Below, piece by piece: positions 38,698 through 48,270 of a stretch of 64,000 bases of DNA. Both the position numbers and the translations under genes were made by a program. Within the stretch, counting starts at the first letter, position 1, and each line of letters starts with the position of its first letter. Source of the stretch: an uncultured delta proteobacterium (GTDB taxonomy: Bacteria; Desulfobacterota; Desulfobacteria; Desulfobacterales; B30-G6); NCBI GenBank assembly GCA_963823335.1, contig CAWGLD010000005.1, forward strand, positions 384,001 through 448,000, given 5' to 3'. The notes beneath the pieces were generated by a model. It was not told the DNA's origin. It worked only from the letters and a program-made list of their open reading frames with translations, and did not search any database.

Positions 38698-39975
38698 ATG
38701 AAAATATCGCACTGTATTCGCCTTTCCCTGATACTGGTATTGTTGTCCGCCGGCATTTCATCCGCCGGTAGCGGCGAAATTATTATCATACCGGTTTCGG
38801 ACGCCATTGGGCCTGGCGTCGCTGATTTTGTAACACGCGGTATTGCCCGCGCGGACGACCAGAACGCAGCCTGTGTCGTCATCGAACTCGATACACCCGG
38901 CGGTCTGGCAGATGCCATGCGCGAAATTGTAATGGCCACATATGCTGCAAAAACACCTGTAGTTGTCTTTGTATCGCCAAGCGGTGCCAGAGCGGCTTCA
39001 GCGGGGGTCATGATAACCATGGCGGCCGACATTGCGGCCATGGCACCTGGTACCAATATTGGGGCGGCGCACCCGGTGGCAAGCGGCGGCAAGGAGATCG
39101 GGGGCATCATGTCGGAAAAGGTCACAAACGATATGGTGGCGTATGTGAAAAGTATCGCGGAAAAAAGGGGCCGCAATGTGGAATGGGCGGAAAAGGCTGT
39201 TCGCGAGAGTGTGTCGGTAACCGAAAACGAGGCTCTTGAAAACAATATCATCGATATCGTCGCAAAAGACATGGACGATCTTGTTCGACAGCTCGACGGT
39301 TACAGTGTAGAGGGTAAGGGAGATTTGCAACTGTCGGGTGCCATGCGAAACCGGCTCAAGGAGAGTATTCGCACAAAAATACTAAAAACCATCAGTGACC
39401 CAAACATCGCCTATATTCTGATGATGATCGGACTGGCCGGGCTCTATTTTGAACTCTCGCATCCAGGTGCGATTTTCCCCGGCGTGGTGGGGGGCATTGC
39501 CCTCATCCTGGCCTTTTTTTCCTTCCAGACACTTCCGGTGAACACAGCCGGTATCTTGTTGATTTTTCTTTCCATTATATTCTTTATATTGGAAATAAAA
39601 GTCGTCAGCTATGGGCTCTTGAGCATTGCCGGTGTGGTGTGCCTGCTTTTGGGCTCCCTCATGATGTTTGAAGGGGAGGGACCCCAGTCACAGCTGTCAT
39701 GGCATGTATTGATTCCGACCCTGCTTATTGTCTCTGCCTTTTTTGTCACCTTGGCAAGTCTGGCTTTCAAGGCACAGGTGTCGCCCCCACGAACCGGGGG
39801 AGATGGCCTGGTTAGAGAAATAGGTATTGTCAAAAAGCGTATCGACCCGCAGGGAAAGGTCCTGATTCATGGTGAGCTTTGGTATGCACGGGCCAAAGAA
39901 CCGATCGAAGAAGATGAACAGGTTCGTGTGGTGGCTGTTGAAGACCTGGTACTGAATGTCGAACGCATTAAATAG
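38698..39975 (+). CDS. nfeD: NfeD membrane-bound serine protease
   Basis: LDTPGG, RAASAG and TNIGAAHPV; TM domain; C-terminal OB fold GKVLIHGELW. Confidence 0.92.
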   Translation: MKISHCIRLSLILVLLSAGISSAGSGEIIIIPVSDAIGPGVADFVTRGIARADDQNAACVVIELDTPGGLADAMREIVMATYAAKTPVVVFVSPSGARAASAGVMITMAADIAAMAPGTNIGAAHPVASGGKEIGGIMSEKVTNDMVAYVKSIAEKRGRNVEWAEKAVRESVSVTENEALENNIIDIVAKDMDDLVRQLDGYSVEGKGDLQLSGAMRNRLKESIRTKILKTISDPNIAYILMMIGLAGLYFELSHPGAIFPGVVGGIALILAFFSFQTLPVNTAGILLIFLSIIFFILEIKVVSYGLLSIAGVVCLLLGSLMMFEGEGPQSQLSWHVLIPTLLIVSAFFVTLASLAFKAQVSPPRTGGDGLVREIGIVKKRIDPQGKVLIHGELWYARAKEPIEEDEQVRVVAVEDLVLNVERIK

Positions 39976-40100
39976 AGGGTTCAAGGGTCTGAGGGTGATA
40001 CAAGGGTTCAAGGGTGGCTGATGGCTTATAGCAGATAGCAGCATCCCAGCTTCCAGGCATCATTGCTTCCCAGCATACAAGGGTCCAAGGATCCAGGGAC
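39976..40100 (+). repeat. Repeat family C
   Basis: AGGGTTCAAGGGTCTGAGGGTGATACAAGGGTTCAAGGGTGGCTGATGGCTTATAGCAGATAGCAGCATCCCAGC... Confidence 0.85.
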
Positions 40101-40144
40101 TGAAGTCAAGAAATAACCGTCCATACAACCAAAGGAGAATTATC

Positions 40145-40897
40145 ATGTTATCGATAACAACCATTGCCATCATCGTACTGGTCATCTTTTTTTTGTCGGC
40201 CTCCTTGAAGATTTTGAACGAGTATGAACGGGCCGTAATTTTCAGGTTGGGGCGTGTTATCACGGCCAAGGGTCCGGGCCTGATAATACTAATCCCGGTG
40301 ATCGATAAAATGGTGAGGGTCAGCCTGAGGCTCATCGTTATGGATGTCGATCCTCAGGACGTCATCACCCGAGATAATGTTTCCGTCAAAGTGAATGCCG
40401 TTATATATTTTCGGGTTATCGATTCAACCAAAGCCATCATAGAGGTAGAAGATTTTAGCTATGCCATGTCACAGCTTGCACAGACCACCATTCGAAGTGT
40501 TTGCGGGCAGGCTGAACTGGATGAGCTATTGGCGGAAAGAGACAAAATCAATGCAGAACTTCAAGAAATTCTCGACACCCATACAGATCCCTGGGGGATC
40601 AAGGTTGCGACGGTTGAGTTGAAGCATATTGATCTGCCCCAGGAGATGCAGCGCGCCATGGCCCGCCAGGCAGAAGCCGAGAGGGAGCGGCGGGCCAAGA
40701 TTATCAATGCCGAGGGCGAATTCCAAGCCGCGGCAAAACTGGCCGAAGCGAGTGAAATCATTTCCGAGCACCCGGTGGCGCTGCAGTTGCGATACCTGCA
40801 GACCGTGAATGAAATGTCGACCGAAAGCAATACCACCACCATTTTTCCCATTCCCATTGATTTGTTTAAGCCATTTCTCAAATTGATGGACAAATAA
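40145..40897 (+). CDS. SPFH/stomatin (slipin) protein
   Basis: [40 protein letters not shown] and ALQLRYLQT. Confidence 0.95.
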   Translation: MLSITTIAIIVLVIFFLSASLKILNEYERAVIFRLGRVITAKGPGLIILIPVIDKMVRVSLRLIVMDVDPQDVITRDNVSVKVNAVIYFRVIDSTKAIIEVEDFSYAMSQLAQTTIRSVCGQAELDELLAERDKINAELQEILDTHTDPWGIKVATVELKHIDLPQEMQRAMARQAEAERERRAKIINAEGEFQAAAKLAEASEIISEHPVALQLRYLQTVNEMSTESNTTTIFPIPIDLFKPFLKLMDK

Positions 40898-40935
40898 ATT
40901 CGCTGCACGAATTTATAGAACGCGATTTCGTCACT
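40892..40935 (-). repeat. Repeat family B (reverse), overlapping the SPFH stop
   Basis: Reverse complement AGTGACGAAATCGCG-TTCT-ATAAATTCGTGCAGCGAATTTATT. Confidence 0.75.
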
Positions 40936-41030
40936 CTATTTCTAACCTTCACTATTGACATCGACAGAAATTAACGATTAGTAGAGAAGGTTTTTGTGGA
41001 CAACAGCTTGTGAAAGGAGCGCGAAAGAAA

Positions 41031-41357
41031 ATGACCGAAGAAACGATGGAAAATTTGAAGAAACCCCTGAATAAAATGACCGTAAAGGAACTTCGCGAAG
41101 TTGCTCTGGAATTGCCACAGATCACCGGTGTGCATGGCATGAATAAGGCGGAGCTGCTGGCAGCCGTCAAAGAAGCCAAAGGTATCGAGGACACGCCTGT
41201 CAAAAAGGCATCTGCAACCGTAGGTGATCTTAAAAACCAGATAAAAAGTTTTAAAGAAAAGCGTGAATCAGCATTGAGGGAAAAGAATGCAAAAATGGCA
41301 GGCATTTACCGCCGCCGTATCTCACGACTGAAAAAGAAGTCGCGTCGCGTGGCCTAA
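41031..41357 (+). CDS. Rho termination factor N-terminal (helix-extension-helix) domain small protein
   Basis: LNKMTVKELREVA...GVHGMNKAELLAAV. Confidence 0.8.
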   Translation: MTEETMENLKKPLNKMTVKELREVALELPQITGVHGMNKAELLAAVKEAKGIEDTPVKKASATVGDLKNQIKSFKEKRESALREKNAKMAGIYRRRISRLKKKSRRVA

Positions 41358-41373
41358 AAAGTCGAATCCTACA

Positions 41374-42315
41374 ATGAAAGAGCTGATTCAATCGTTTATT
41401 GCTGTGCTTTCCACGGCCAAAGGATATTCGGAGAACACCTGCCGCTCCTACCGGAGTGATCTGTTTGAATTTGCGGATATCATCAAACATATCGGGCTTT
41501 CAGATACGACATCACGCAGAATGCCTCAATCCGAAACCCTGGCGCCTGACGCTGTTACGGGAATTGCTCTCCGCGGATATCTCGGGCATCTGCATCAACA
41601 CTGCAAGAAATCGACGATTGCTCGAAAATTGTCGGCGGTCCGATCGTTTTACCGTTATCTTGTCAAACACGAATATATCGATGTCAACCCTTCGGATGCG
41701 GTTCAGACACCCAAGCAGGATCAACCCATTCCAACATATCTGCCCATCGATGATATGTTCAGGCTCCTGGCTTCGGTCAAGACGGATACGCTGCTGGGCT
41801 TGCGCAATCGTGCCATGTTCGAAACGCTCTACTCCACTGGTATCCGGGTATCGGAATTGGCTGGACTCAATATCCAGGATATCGATTTTCATGAACACGT
41901 CATCCGGGTAAAGGGCAAGGGCGGACATGAACGAATGGTGCCCATCGGCAAGACCGCCCTTGTGTCCATCGAGACCTATCGAAAGGGGATTGAATGTAAA
42001 GACCGGGCCGGCCAATTTCAAGCGGAAACGATCTCGGGCGGCCCACTTTTTTTGAACAAATTCAATACCCGTCTTTCAGTGCGATCGATTGCACGCATAC
42101 TTGAAAAAGCTACCCGGGAGTGCGGGATCGCCATCCCTGTATCACCACATGCATTTCGTCACACGTTTGCAACACATATGTTGGATGCCGGTGCTGATCT
42201 GAGGGTCGTGCAGGAGTTGCTGGGTCATAAGAGCCTGTCTACGACGCAGAAGTATACCCATGTCAGCATCGACAGGTTGATGGAGGCGTATGACAAGGCG
42301 CATCCCAGAAAATGA
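41374..42315 (+). CDS. xerC: Tyrosine recombinase XerC
   Basis: RNRAMFETLYSTGIRVSEL, GKGG-ER, HAFRHTFATHML and LLGHKSLSTTQKYTH. Confidence 0.9.
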   Translation: MKELIQSFIAVLSTAKGYSENTCRSYRSDLFEFADIIKHIGLSDTTSRRMPQSETLAPDAVTGIALRGYLGHLHQHCKKSTIARKLSAVRSFYRYLVKHEYIDVNPSDAVQTPKQDQPIPTYLPIDDMFRLLASVKTDTLLGLRNRAMFETLYSTGIRVSELAGLNIQDIDFHEHVIRVKGKGGHERMVPIGKTALVSIETYRKGIECKDRAGQFQAETISGGPLFLNKFNTRLSVRSIARILEKATRECGIAIPVSPHAFRHTFATHMLDAGADLRVVQELLGHKSLSTTQKYTHVSIDRLMEAYDKAHPRK

Positions 42316-42424
42316 CTTGCACAGGCCGGAGGCTTCCATATGCTGCGTTACTAAGGGTTCGGAGTAAAGAACTACGCCTTCACCCATAGATGCCTTGCCT
42401 ATGAAAGCCTCCGACCCGTGCAAG
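42316..42424. mobile_element. MITE-like palindromic element (family E)
   Basis: 28-bp terminal inverted repeats with 24/28 identity (CTTGCACAGGCCGGAGGCTTCCATATGC / GCCTATGAAAGCCTCCGACCCGTGCAAG). Confidence 0.6.
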
Positions 42425-42476
42425 ACTTAATCTCTTAACTGTGACTGTAAGGAATTAAGTTTATTTTGGATTTGCG

Positions 42477-42558
42477 GTTCATGGTCTTTTTCGTGATTTT
42501 GACCTTTCGTGATTTCGTAATAATAGATCTTTTTCTTTTGCGGTTTATCCGGGTTGGG
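42477..42558 (-). repeat. Repeat family A, half copy
   Basis: GTTCATGGTCTTTTTCGTGATTTTGACCTTTCGTGATTTCGTAATAATAGATC...GGTTTATCCGGGTTGGG. Confidence 0.85.
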
Positions 42559-42607
42559 TGATGCTTGCATATAGATTACAACAAGGGTGTATAAGATGTA
42601 TAAAGAG

Positions 42608-43804
42608 ATGACAAGTCAGGATCTGCGGCATACGGCTGACGCCGTTATGATGAACACATACAATCGTTTTCCCTTGGTTTTGGTAAAGGGTAAGGGCTGT
42701 GTTGTCTGGGATATGGAAGGTCGATCCTACAGAGATTTCATTGCAGGTATTGCAGTCTGCAATCTGGGTCACGCCCATCCGGTTGTTTCAGAGGCATTAC
42801 GAAAGCAGGCGGAATCTCTGTGGCATGTTTCCAATTTGTATTACACACTGCCCCAGACAGCATTGGCCGACTGGTTGACGGAGCACAGTTTTGCGGACCG
42901 TGTTTTCTTCTGCAATAGCGGTGCAGAGGCCAATGAGGCTGCCATAAAATTGTGCCGCAAATATTTCTATGACCGTGGTGAGAAGGGAAGATACCGCATT
43001 ATTTCCATGACCCAATCATTTCATGGTCGGACCATGGCAGCACTTTCCGCCACAGGACAAGACAAGATCAAAGAGGGGTTCGACCCGGTTCTGGAAGGCT
43101 TTGACTTTGTTCCCTTTGATGACCTGGATGCTTTGAAACAGAAAATGGATTCATCGACGGCGGCAATCATGCTGGAACCTGTTCAGGGGGAGGGCGGCGT
43201 TCGCGTTCCATCACCGGGTTATCTGCAAGCGGTTCGAAAACTCTGCGATGACAGCGGAACACTGCTGGTGTTTGATGAAATACAAACAGGTATGGGGCGT
43301 ACCGGAAAGCTGTTCGCATATGAACATTTTGGCATTGCGCCTGATGTCATGTCTCTGGCAAAAGCACTGGGAAACGGTCTGCCTATCGGCGCGATACTAG
43401 CCAGGGAGCGAATCGCCTCGGCATTCTCACCAGGTGCACATGCCACCACTTTTGGTGGGACGCCGATTGTTACAGCCGTCGCCCTCGCGGTTGTCAAGAC
43501 CATGGAAGCGGAAAATATTTCAGCGCATAGTGCGCATGTAGGTTCCTATTTAAAAATGAAATTACAATCGCTTCAGGAAAAGCACCCGCTTATTGAAGAT
43601 GTCCGGGGCTTGGGACTTCTCATCGGAATGGAACTGAAGATAAAGGCCGACGCCCTGGTGAAAGCGTGCATGGCAAGAGGCTTTCTGGTTAATTGCATTC
43701 AAGAATCGATCCTGAGGTTTGCGCCACCGCTTGTTGTTCAGAAGGCTGATATCGATGCGTTGGTGGACTGCCTGGATGATGTGTTATCCGAAGTGACTGT
43801 GTAA
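42608..43804 (+). CDS. argD: Acetylornithine aminotransferase
   Basis: NSGAEANEAAIK, SFHGRT, EPVQGEGG, FDEIQTGMGRTG and AKALGNG. Confidence 0.93.
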   Translation: MTSQDLRHTADAVMMNTYNRFPLVLVKGKGCVVWDMEGRSYRDFIAGIAVCNLGHAHPVVSEALRKQAESLWHVSNLYYTLPQTALADWLTEHSFADRVFFCNSGAEANEAAIKLCRKYFYDRGEKGRYRIISMTQSFHGRTMAALSATGQDKIKEGFDPVLEGFDFVPFDDLDALKQKMDSSTAAIMLEPVQGEGGVRVPSPGYLQAVRKLCDDSGTLLVFDEIQTGMGRTGKLFAYEHFGIAPDVMSLAKALGNGLPIGAILARERIASAFSPGAHATTFGGTPIVTAVALAVVKTMEAENISAHSAHVGSYLKMKLQSLQEKHPLIEDVRGLGLLIGMELKIKADALVKACMARGFLVNCIQESILRFAPPLVVQKADIDALVDCLDDVLSEVTV

Positions 43805-43838
43805 ACTAAGATCTTGGAAATATCGAAAGGCATAAAAA

Positions 43839-45224
43839 ATGGCCGAAAAACTCTGGGACGGCAGATTTTCTGAAAAAACCAGTCGAAGTGTTGAACGTTT
43901 TACGTCTTCCATAAACGTTGACAGCCGTTTGTACCCATATGACATTGAAGGGAGTATTGCCCATTGCAAAACCCTGGCAAAAGCGGGGATTATAACCGAC
44001 GATGAATCCTCGACCCTTATTCAAGGACTCGGTGTTGTCAAACGGGAGATCGCCCACGGAAAGTTCCTGTTCGACGATGCTCTGGAAGATATTCACATGC
44101 ACATCGAGACCCGACTTTTACAGGAAGTGGGCAAGGTTGCCCAGAAACTGCACACAGCTAGAAGCCGGAATGACCAGGTTGCCCTGGATGTACGCATGTT
44201 TCTGCGAGACAAGACGCGCCAGACGATATTGCACCTGACAACACTTTGTCGCACGCTGGTCGATATGGCCAGGATCCACATCGACGTGATCATGCCGGGC
44301 TATACCCATCTGCAGCATGCCCAACCGGTGCTGTTTAGCCACCACCTCATGGCGTATTATGAAATGTTCAAACGTGACGGTGAACGGTTTCGAGAGGCTT
44401 TGGAGCGAATCGATGTCATGCCATTGGGTGCTGCAGCGCTTGCGGGTACGACCTATCCCATAGACCGCCACTACACCGCCCAGTTATTGGCATTCAGCCG
44501 CGTATCCCCCAACAGCATGGATGCGGTTTCGGACAGGGATTTTATTCTGGAATATCTTGCCCATGCCAGCATCTGTATGGTTCACTTCAGCAGGTTGTCA
44601 GAAGAATTTATCCTGTGGTCATCTTCTGAGTTCAGCTTTATCGAGATACCGGACGCCTTTGCTACGGGCAGCAGTATCATGCCGCAGAAAAAAAATCCTG
44701 ACGTCCCCGAACTGGTCAGGGGTAAAACCGGTGGCGTTTTTGGTGATTTGCTGACTGTGTTGACATTGATGAAATCGCTACCTCTCACTTACAACAGAGA
44801 CATGCAGGAAGACAAGCTGCCGCTTTTTCGATCTGTCGATACGCTGTGTGACTGCATTGAAATCTATATCGGGATGTTGCCGAACATACAGGTCAACAAA
44901 GAACGCATGCTGCAGGCTGCATCGGTTGGGTTTCTCAATGCAACCGATTTAGCGGATTATCTGGTGGGTAAGGGCATGACCTTTAGAGAGGCTCATGGAT
45001 CTGTCGGAAAAGCCGTTGGTTTTGCGCTTCAACAAGGAAAAGAACTCAATGAGCTTTCCTTGAAAGAACTGAAAAACTTTTCATCACTGATCGACGGTGA
45101 TGTTTTTTCATACATCGCCATGGATCAGGTGATCGGCAGACGGACATCTTTTGGCGGGACAGCCAAACAGAATGTGATGGAGCAGATTGCGAAAGCGGAA
45201 AATGAGATCACGGATGCGAAATAA
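43839..45224 (+). CDS. argH: Argininosuccinate lyase
   Basis: LWDGRF, HTARSRNDQ, MPGYTHLQ and GSSIMPQKKNPD. Confidence 0.96.
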   Translation: MAEKLWDGRFSEKTSRSVERFTSSINVDSRLYPYDIEGSIAHCKTLAKAGIITDDESSTLIQGLGVVKREIAHGKFLFDDALEDIHMHIETRLLQEVGKVAQKLHTARSRNDQVALDVRMFLRDKTRQTILHLTTLCRTLVDMARIHIDVIMPGYTHLQHAQPVLFSHHLMAYYEMFKRDGERFREALERIDVMPLGAAALAGTTYPIDRHYTAQLLAFSRVSPNSMDAVSDRDFILEYLAHASICMVHFSRLSEEFILWSSSEFSFIEIPDAFATGSSIMPQKKNPDVPELVRGKTGGVFGDLLTVLTLMKSLPLTYNRDMQEDKLPLFRSVDTLCDCIEIYIGMLPNIQVNKERMLQAASVGFLNATDLADYLVGKGMTFREAHGSVGKAVGFALQQGKELNELSLKELKNFSSLIDGDVFSYIAMDQVIGRRTSFGGTAKQNVMEQIAKAENEITDAK

Positions 45225-45663
45225 ATCTTTGGGCCGATTAACCGCACATCATATGGTTTTGATATGGATCCTGATGGTATTTGGGGTGTCAGGCTGCGGT
45301 ATCAAGGGATCGCCCGTCCCGCCTGTTTATGAAAAACCTCCTGCTGTGAGCGAGCTGCACTATCAGGTGTCCGGCAACCAGCTCAATCTGACCTGGTCCG
45401 TTCCTCCAGTGCAGCCAACCGGCAACTCTACCGTGGCCGGTGCGAAAGTGTTCCGCTTGAAGCAGCCATTAAAGAACGTGGCCTGCCAGGACTGTACACG
45501 GAAATATATGTTAATGAGCAAGATCCCGGCTCGCTCTGGAACCATGCAATTTCAAGATACGATGGACAAAGGGTTTGCGTACTACTATAAAATCGTTTTA
45601 TACGACGCAGGAAATCATGACGGCGAGAGCTCCAATGTCATCCGTATTGAGAGCAGTAAATGA
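45214..45663 (+). CDS. Lipoprotein with fibronectin type III-like domain
   Basis: Lipobox VSGCG-KG-P-PP, L-W, CQDC and YYYKIV; start uncertain. Confidence 0.75.
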   Translation: MRNKSLGRLTAHHMVLIWILMVFGVSGCGIKGSPVPPVYEKPPAVSELHYQVSGNQLNLTWSVPPVQPTGNSTVAGAKVFRLKQPLKNVACQDCTRKYMLMSKIPARSGTMQFQDTMDKGFAYYYKIVLYDAGNHDGESSNVIRIESSK

Positions 45664-45690
45664 AACAGAAATATAGGACTTTCGCAAAGA

Positions 45691-45733
45691 AGCGACAACG
45701 TCGCGCATGATAAATTCGTGAAACGAATTTATT
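45691..45733 (+). repeat. Repeat family B (double hairpin)
   Basis: AGCGACAACGTCGCG-CATG-ATAAATTCGT-GAA-ACGAATTTATT. Confidence 0.85.
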
Positions 45734-45745
45734 AAGGATAAAATA

Positions 45746-47017
45746 ATGCACCATTTCAATTATCGAGAAGATACCCTGTTTTGTGAGAATGTTTCCATAA
45801 AGGATATTGCTGAGGATGTGGGAACACCTTTTTACCTTTACAGCCACGCCACCATCAAGCGGCACTTTCTCATATTTGATGGTGCTTTCGATGGGATTGA
45901 TAGACTGATCTGTTACTCGGCCAAGGCCAATTCAAATCTGGCCGTATTGACGCTTTTGGCGAATCTGGGTGCAGGTCTTGATATTGTTTCCGGTGGAGAA
46001 CTCTATAAAGGATTGAAAGCCGGTTTCCCGGCCGATCGAATTGTCTATTCAGGCGTTGGAAAACGTGTCGATGAAATTGATTTTGCCTTGCGGGAAGACA
46101 TTCTCATGTTCAACGTGGAATCTCTTGAAGAACTGGCCCTCATCGACATGCGTGCCGCCCTGCTGGGTACTGTTGCTCCCATCGCCATTCGAGTCAATCC
46201 GGACGTGGATCCTAAGACACATCCTTATATTTCCACAGGCTTGAAAAATAATAAATTTGGTATCGACACGAAAACGGCCATCAAGGCCTACGAAATGGCT
46301 TCCACATTACAACATGTGAAAATTCTGGGAATCGATTGTCATATCGGATCACAGATATCTGAGGCCAAACCCTTTGAGGACGCTCTTGGCAACATTCTGT
46401 CTCTTGTGAATGAACTCAGACGCAAGGGCATCGAAATCTCCTTCCTTGATATGGGCGGAGGTCTGGGTATCACCTACCAGAGTGAATCTCCTCCTGAACC
46501 GAACGAGTATGCCAGAGCGATCCAAAATATATTGAAACCCACGGATTATCGTCTCATTCTCGAACCAGGACGCGTTATTGTCGGCAACGCAGGCACTCTC
46601 ATTACCAGTGTTTTGTATCGAAAATCCGCAAAGAACAGAGAATTCGTCATAACGGATGCCGGCATGAACGATCTGATCCGGCCTTCGCTGTACCAGGCAT
46701 TTCATGCCATTCAACCCGTGCTGAAAAAAGAGGGAAATCCTATCATGGCGGATGTGGTGGGACCTATCTGTGAATCAGGAGACTTTTTAGCCCTTGATAG
46801 GGAATTGGCTGATGTTCAAAAGGGCGATCTTCTGGCAGTCATGAGTGCCGGCGCTTATGGCTTTGTCATGTCTTCAAACTACTGTTCACGGCTGAAGGTT
46901 CCCGAGATCATGGTTAAGGGCGACATGTACAGCGTTACGAACAGGCGTCAGAGCTATGAAGATCTTATACGCAATGAAACCATACCGGATTTCCTGACAG
47001 GAACCCGACCGGGATAA
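45746..47017 (+). CDS. lysA: Diaminopimelate decarboxylase
   Basis: YSAKAN, DIVSGGEL, HIGSQ, EPGR and GPICESGD. Confidence 0.96.
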   Translation: MHHFNYREDTLFCENVSIKDIAEDVGTPFYLYSHATIKRHFLIFDGAFDGIDRLICYSAKANSNLAVLTLLANLGAGLDIVSGGELYKGLKAGFPADRIVYSGVGKRVDEIDFALREDILMFNVESLEELALIDMRAALLGTVAPIAIRVNPDVDPKTHPYISTGLKNNKFGIDTKTAIKAYEMASTLQHVKILGIDCHIGSQISEAKPFEDALGNILSLVNELRRKGIEISFLDMGGGLGITYQSESPPEPNEYARAIQNILKPTDYRLILEPGRVIVGNAGTLITSVLYRKSAKNREFVITDAGMNDLIRPSLYQAFHAIQPVLKKEGNPIMADVVGPICESGDFLALDRELADVQKGDLLAVMSAGAYGFVMSSNYCSRLKVPEIMVKGDMYSVTNRRQSYEDLIRNETIPDFLTGTRPG

Positions 47018-47150
47018 ACCGTAAATGAAAAAGATCTTTTATCACGAAAGCACGAAAGGTCGAAAGCACGAATAAAAAACATAAAATTTCGCGTTTTCCA
47101 GTTTTCGTGTTTTCGTGATTGCTTTTAAATTTTTTGTCAGAAAACAAAAA
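47004..47150 (+). repeat. Repeat family A, full copy; supplies the lysA stop codon
   Basis: CCCGACCGGGATAAACCG...GATCTTTTATCACGAAAGCACGAAAGGTCGAAAGCACGAA...TTTTCGTGTTTTCGTGATTGC. Confidence 0.85.
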
Positions 47151-47192
47151 TATATTACAATTTAGGGACCAAATGAATGGAATAGGAAAGAA

Positions 47193-48020
47193 ATGGGAAA
47201 AATACCCTTCTACAAGATGAGCGGCAGCGGTAACGATTTTATTTTAATCGACAATCGTGACGGCGTTGTGGGCGATAACTATCTGAGACAACTGGTGGTG
47301 GGTGCCTGCCGGAGAAAAATGTCTGTCGGGGCAGACGGGTTGCTTCTGGTTGAAAAAAGCACCCGGGCGGATTTTAAATGGCGGTTTTATAATGCAGATG
47401 GCAGCCGGGCCGAGATGTGCGGGAATGGTGCTCGTTGTGCCAGCCGTTTTGCTTTTATAACCGGAATTGCCGGTCCGGAGCTTTCTTTTGAAACCGACGT
47501 AGGCCTTGTGACGGCGGAAATTACGGGTGACCGGGTAAAAATCGGCATGACCGATCCCACAGATCTCAGGGAGCACGGAACGCTCCTTGTAGAAGATGCA
47601 ACATTTCCGTACGGGTTTATCAATACCGGCGTGCCACATGTGGTGATAACCACCAACGATATCGAAAGTATCGATGTCTTTAAAACAGGGCGTTTCATAC
47701 GACACCATGAAGTGTTCTCTCCCGCGGGTACGAATGTAAACTTTGTTGAACCTGTCGGGCAAAATACCATTGCCGTTAGGACCTATGAGCGTGGCGTGGA
47801 AGATGAGACCCTTGCTTGTGGCACAGGCTGTGTGGCTGCCTCTTTGATGATGTGTTTGAAGCATCAGTGGTCATCACCCGTCAATGTCAGGACGCGTAGC
47901 AATGTCATGCTTCGTGTGTATTTCACTTTCGAGAACGGTGTGTTCACCCAGATATATCTGGAGGGGGACGCCCGGGTGATCTACCATGGTACACTTTGGG
48001 AAGAGGCATGGGTTAAGTAA
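47193..48020 (+). CDS. dapF: Diaminopimelate epimerase
   Basis: KMSGSGNDF, EMCGNGARC, GVPH and ERGVEDETLACGTG. Confidence 0.96.
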   Translation: MGKIPFYKMSGSGNDFILIDNRDGVVGDNYLRQLVVGACRRKMSVGADGLLLVEKSTRADFKWRFYNADGSRAEMCGNGARCASRFAFITGIAGPELSFETDVGLVTAEITGDRVKIGMTDPTDLREHGTLLVEDATFPYGFINTGVPHVVITTNDIESIDVFKTGRFIRHHEVFSPAGTNVNFVEPVGQNTIAVRTYERGVEDETLACGTGCVAASLMMCLKHQWSSPVNVRTRSNVMLRVYFTFENGVFTQIYLEGDARVIYHGTLWEEAWVK

Positions 48021-48210
48021 GGGTCCGAGGGTTCCAGGGTGATACAAGGGTTGGAAGGTGGCTGACGGCTTAAGGCCGATAGCGGCATCCCGGCTTCTAA
48101 GCATCTTGGTGTCCCAGAAAAAAAGGGTTCAAGGGGGCCGAGGGTGATATAAGGTTGGAGGGTGGCTGACGGCTTACAGCAGATAGCAGCATTCCAACGT
48201 CCCAGCATAT
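48019..48210 (+). repeat. Repeat family C, two tandem copies of about 100 bp
   Basis: Units start near 48019 and 48124, each with GGGTGATA(C/T)AAGG...GGTGGCTGACGGCTTA...GATAGC(G/A)GCAT...GTCCCAG. Confidence 0.85.
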
Positions 48211-48270
48211 AAGGAGCTGTCGGATTGATCTCAAAAATGACAAACTTGATTGTTACCACATAAGTTGCAG

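Noticed and set aside
38698-40897. nfeD-SPFH pair as a novel system
   Set aside because: Well-known conserved operon.
41374-42315. Tyrosine recombinase as a prophage or ICE integrase
   Set aside because: Length, motifs and core-gene context fit housekeeping XerC; no phage genes nearby.
48019-48210. Tandem repeats as a CRISPR array
   Set aside because: Two degenerate ~100-bp units, no unique spacers and no cas genes; no CRISPR array was seen in the window.
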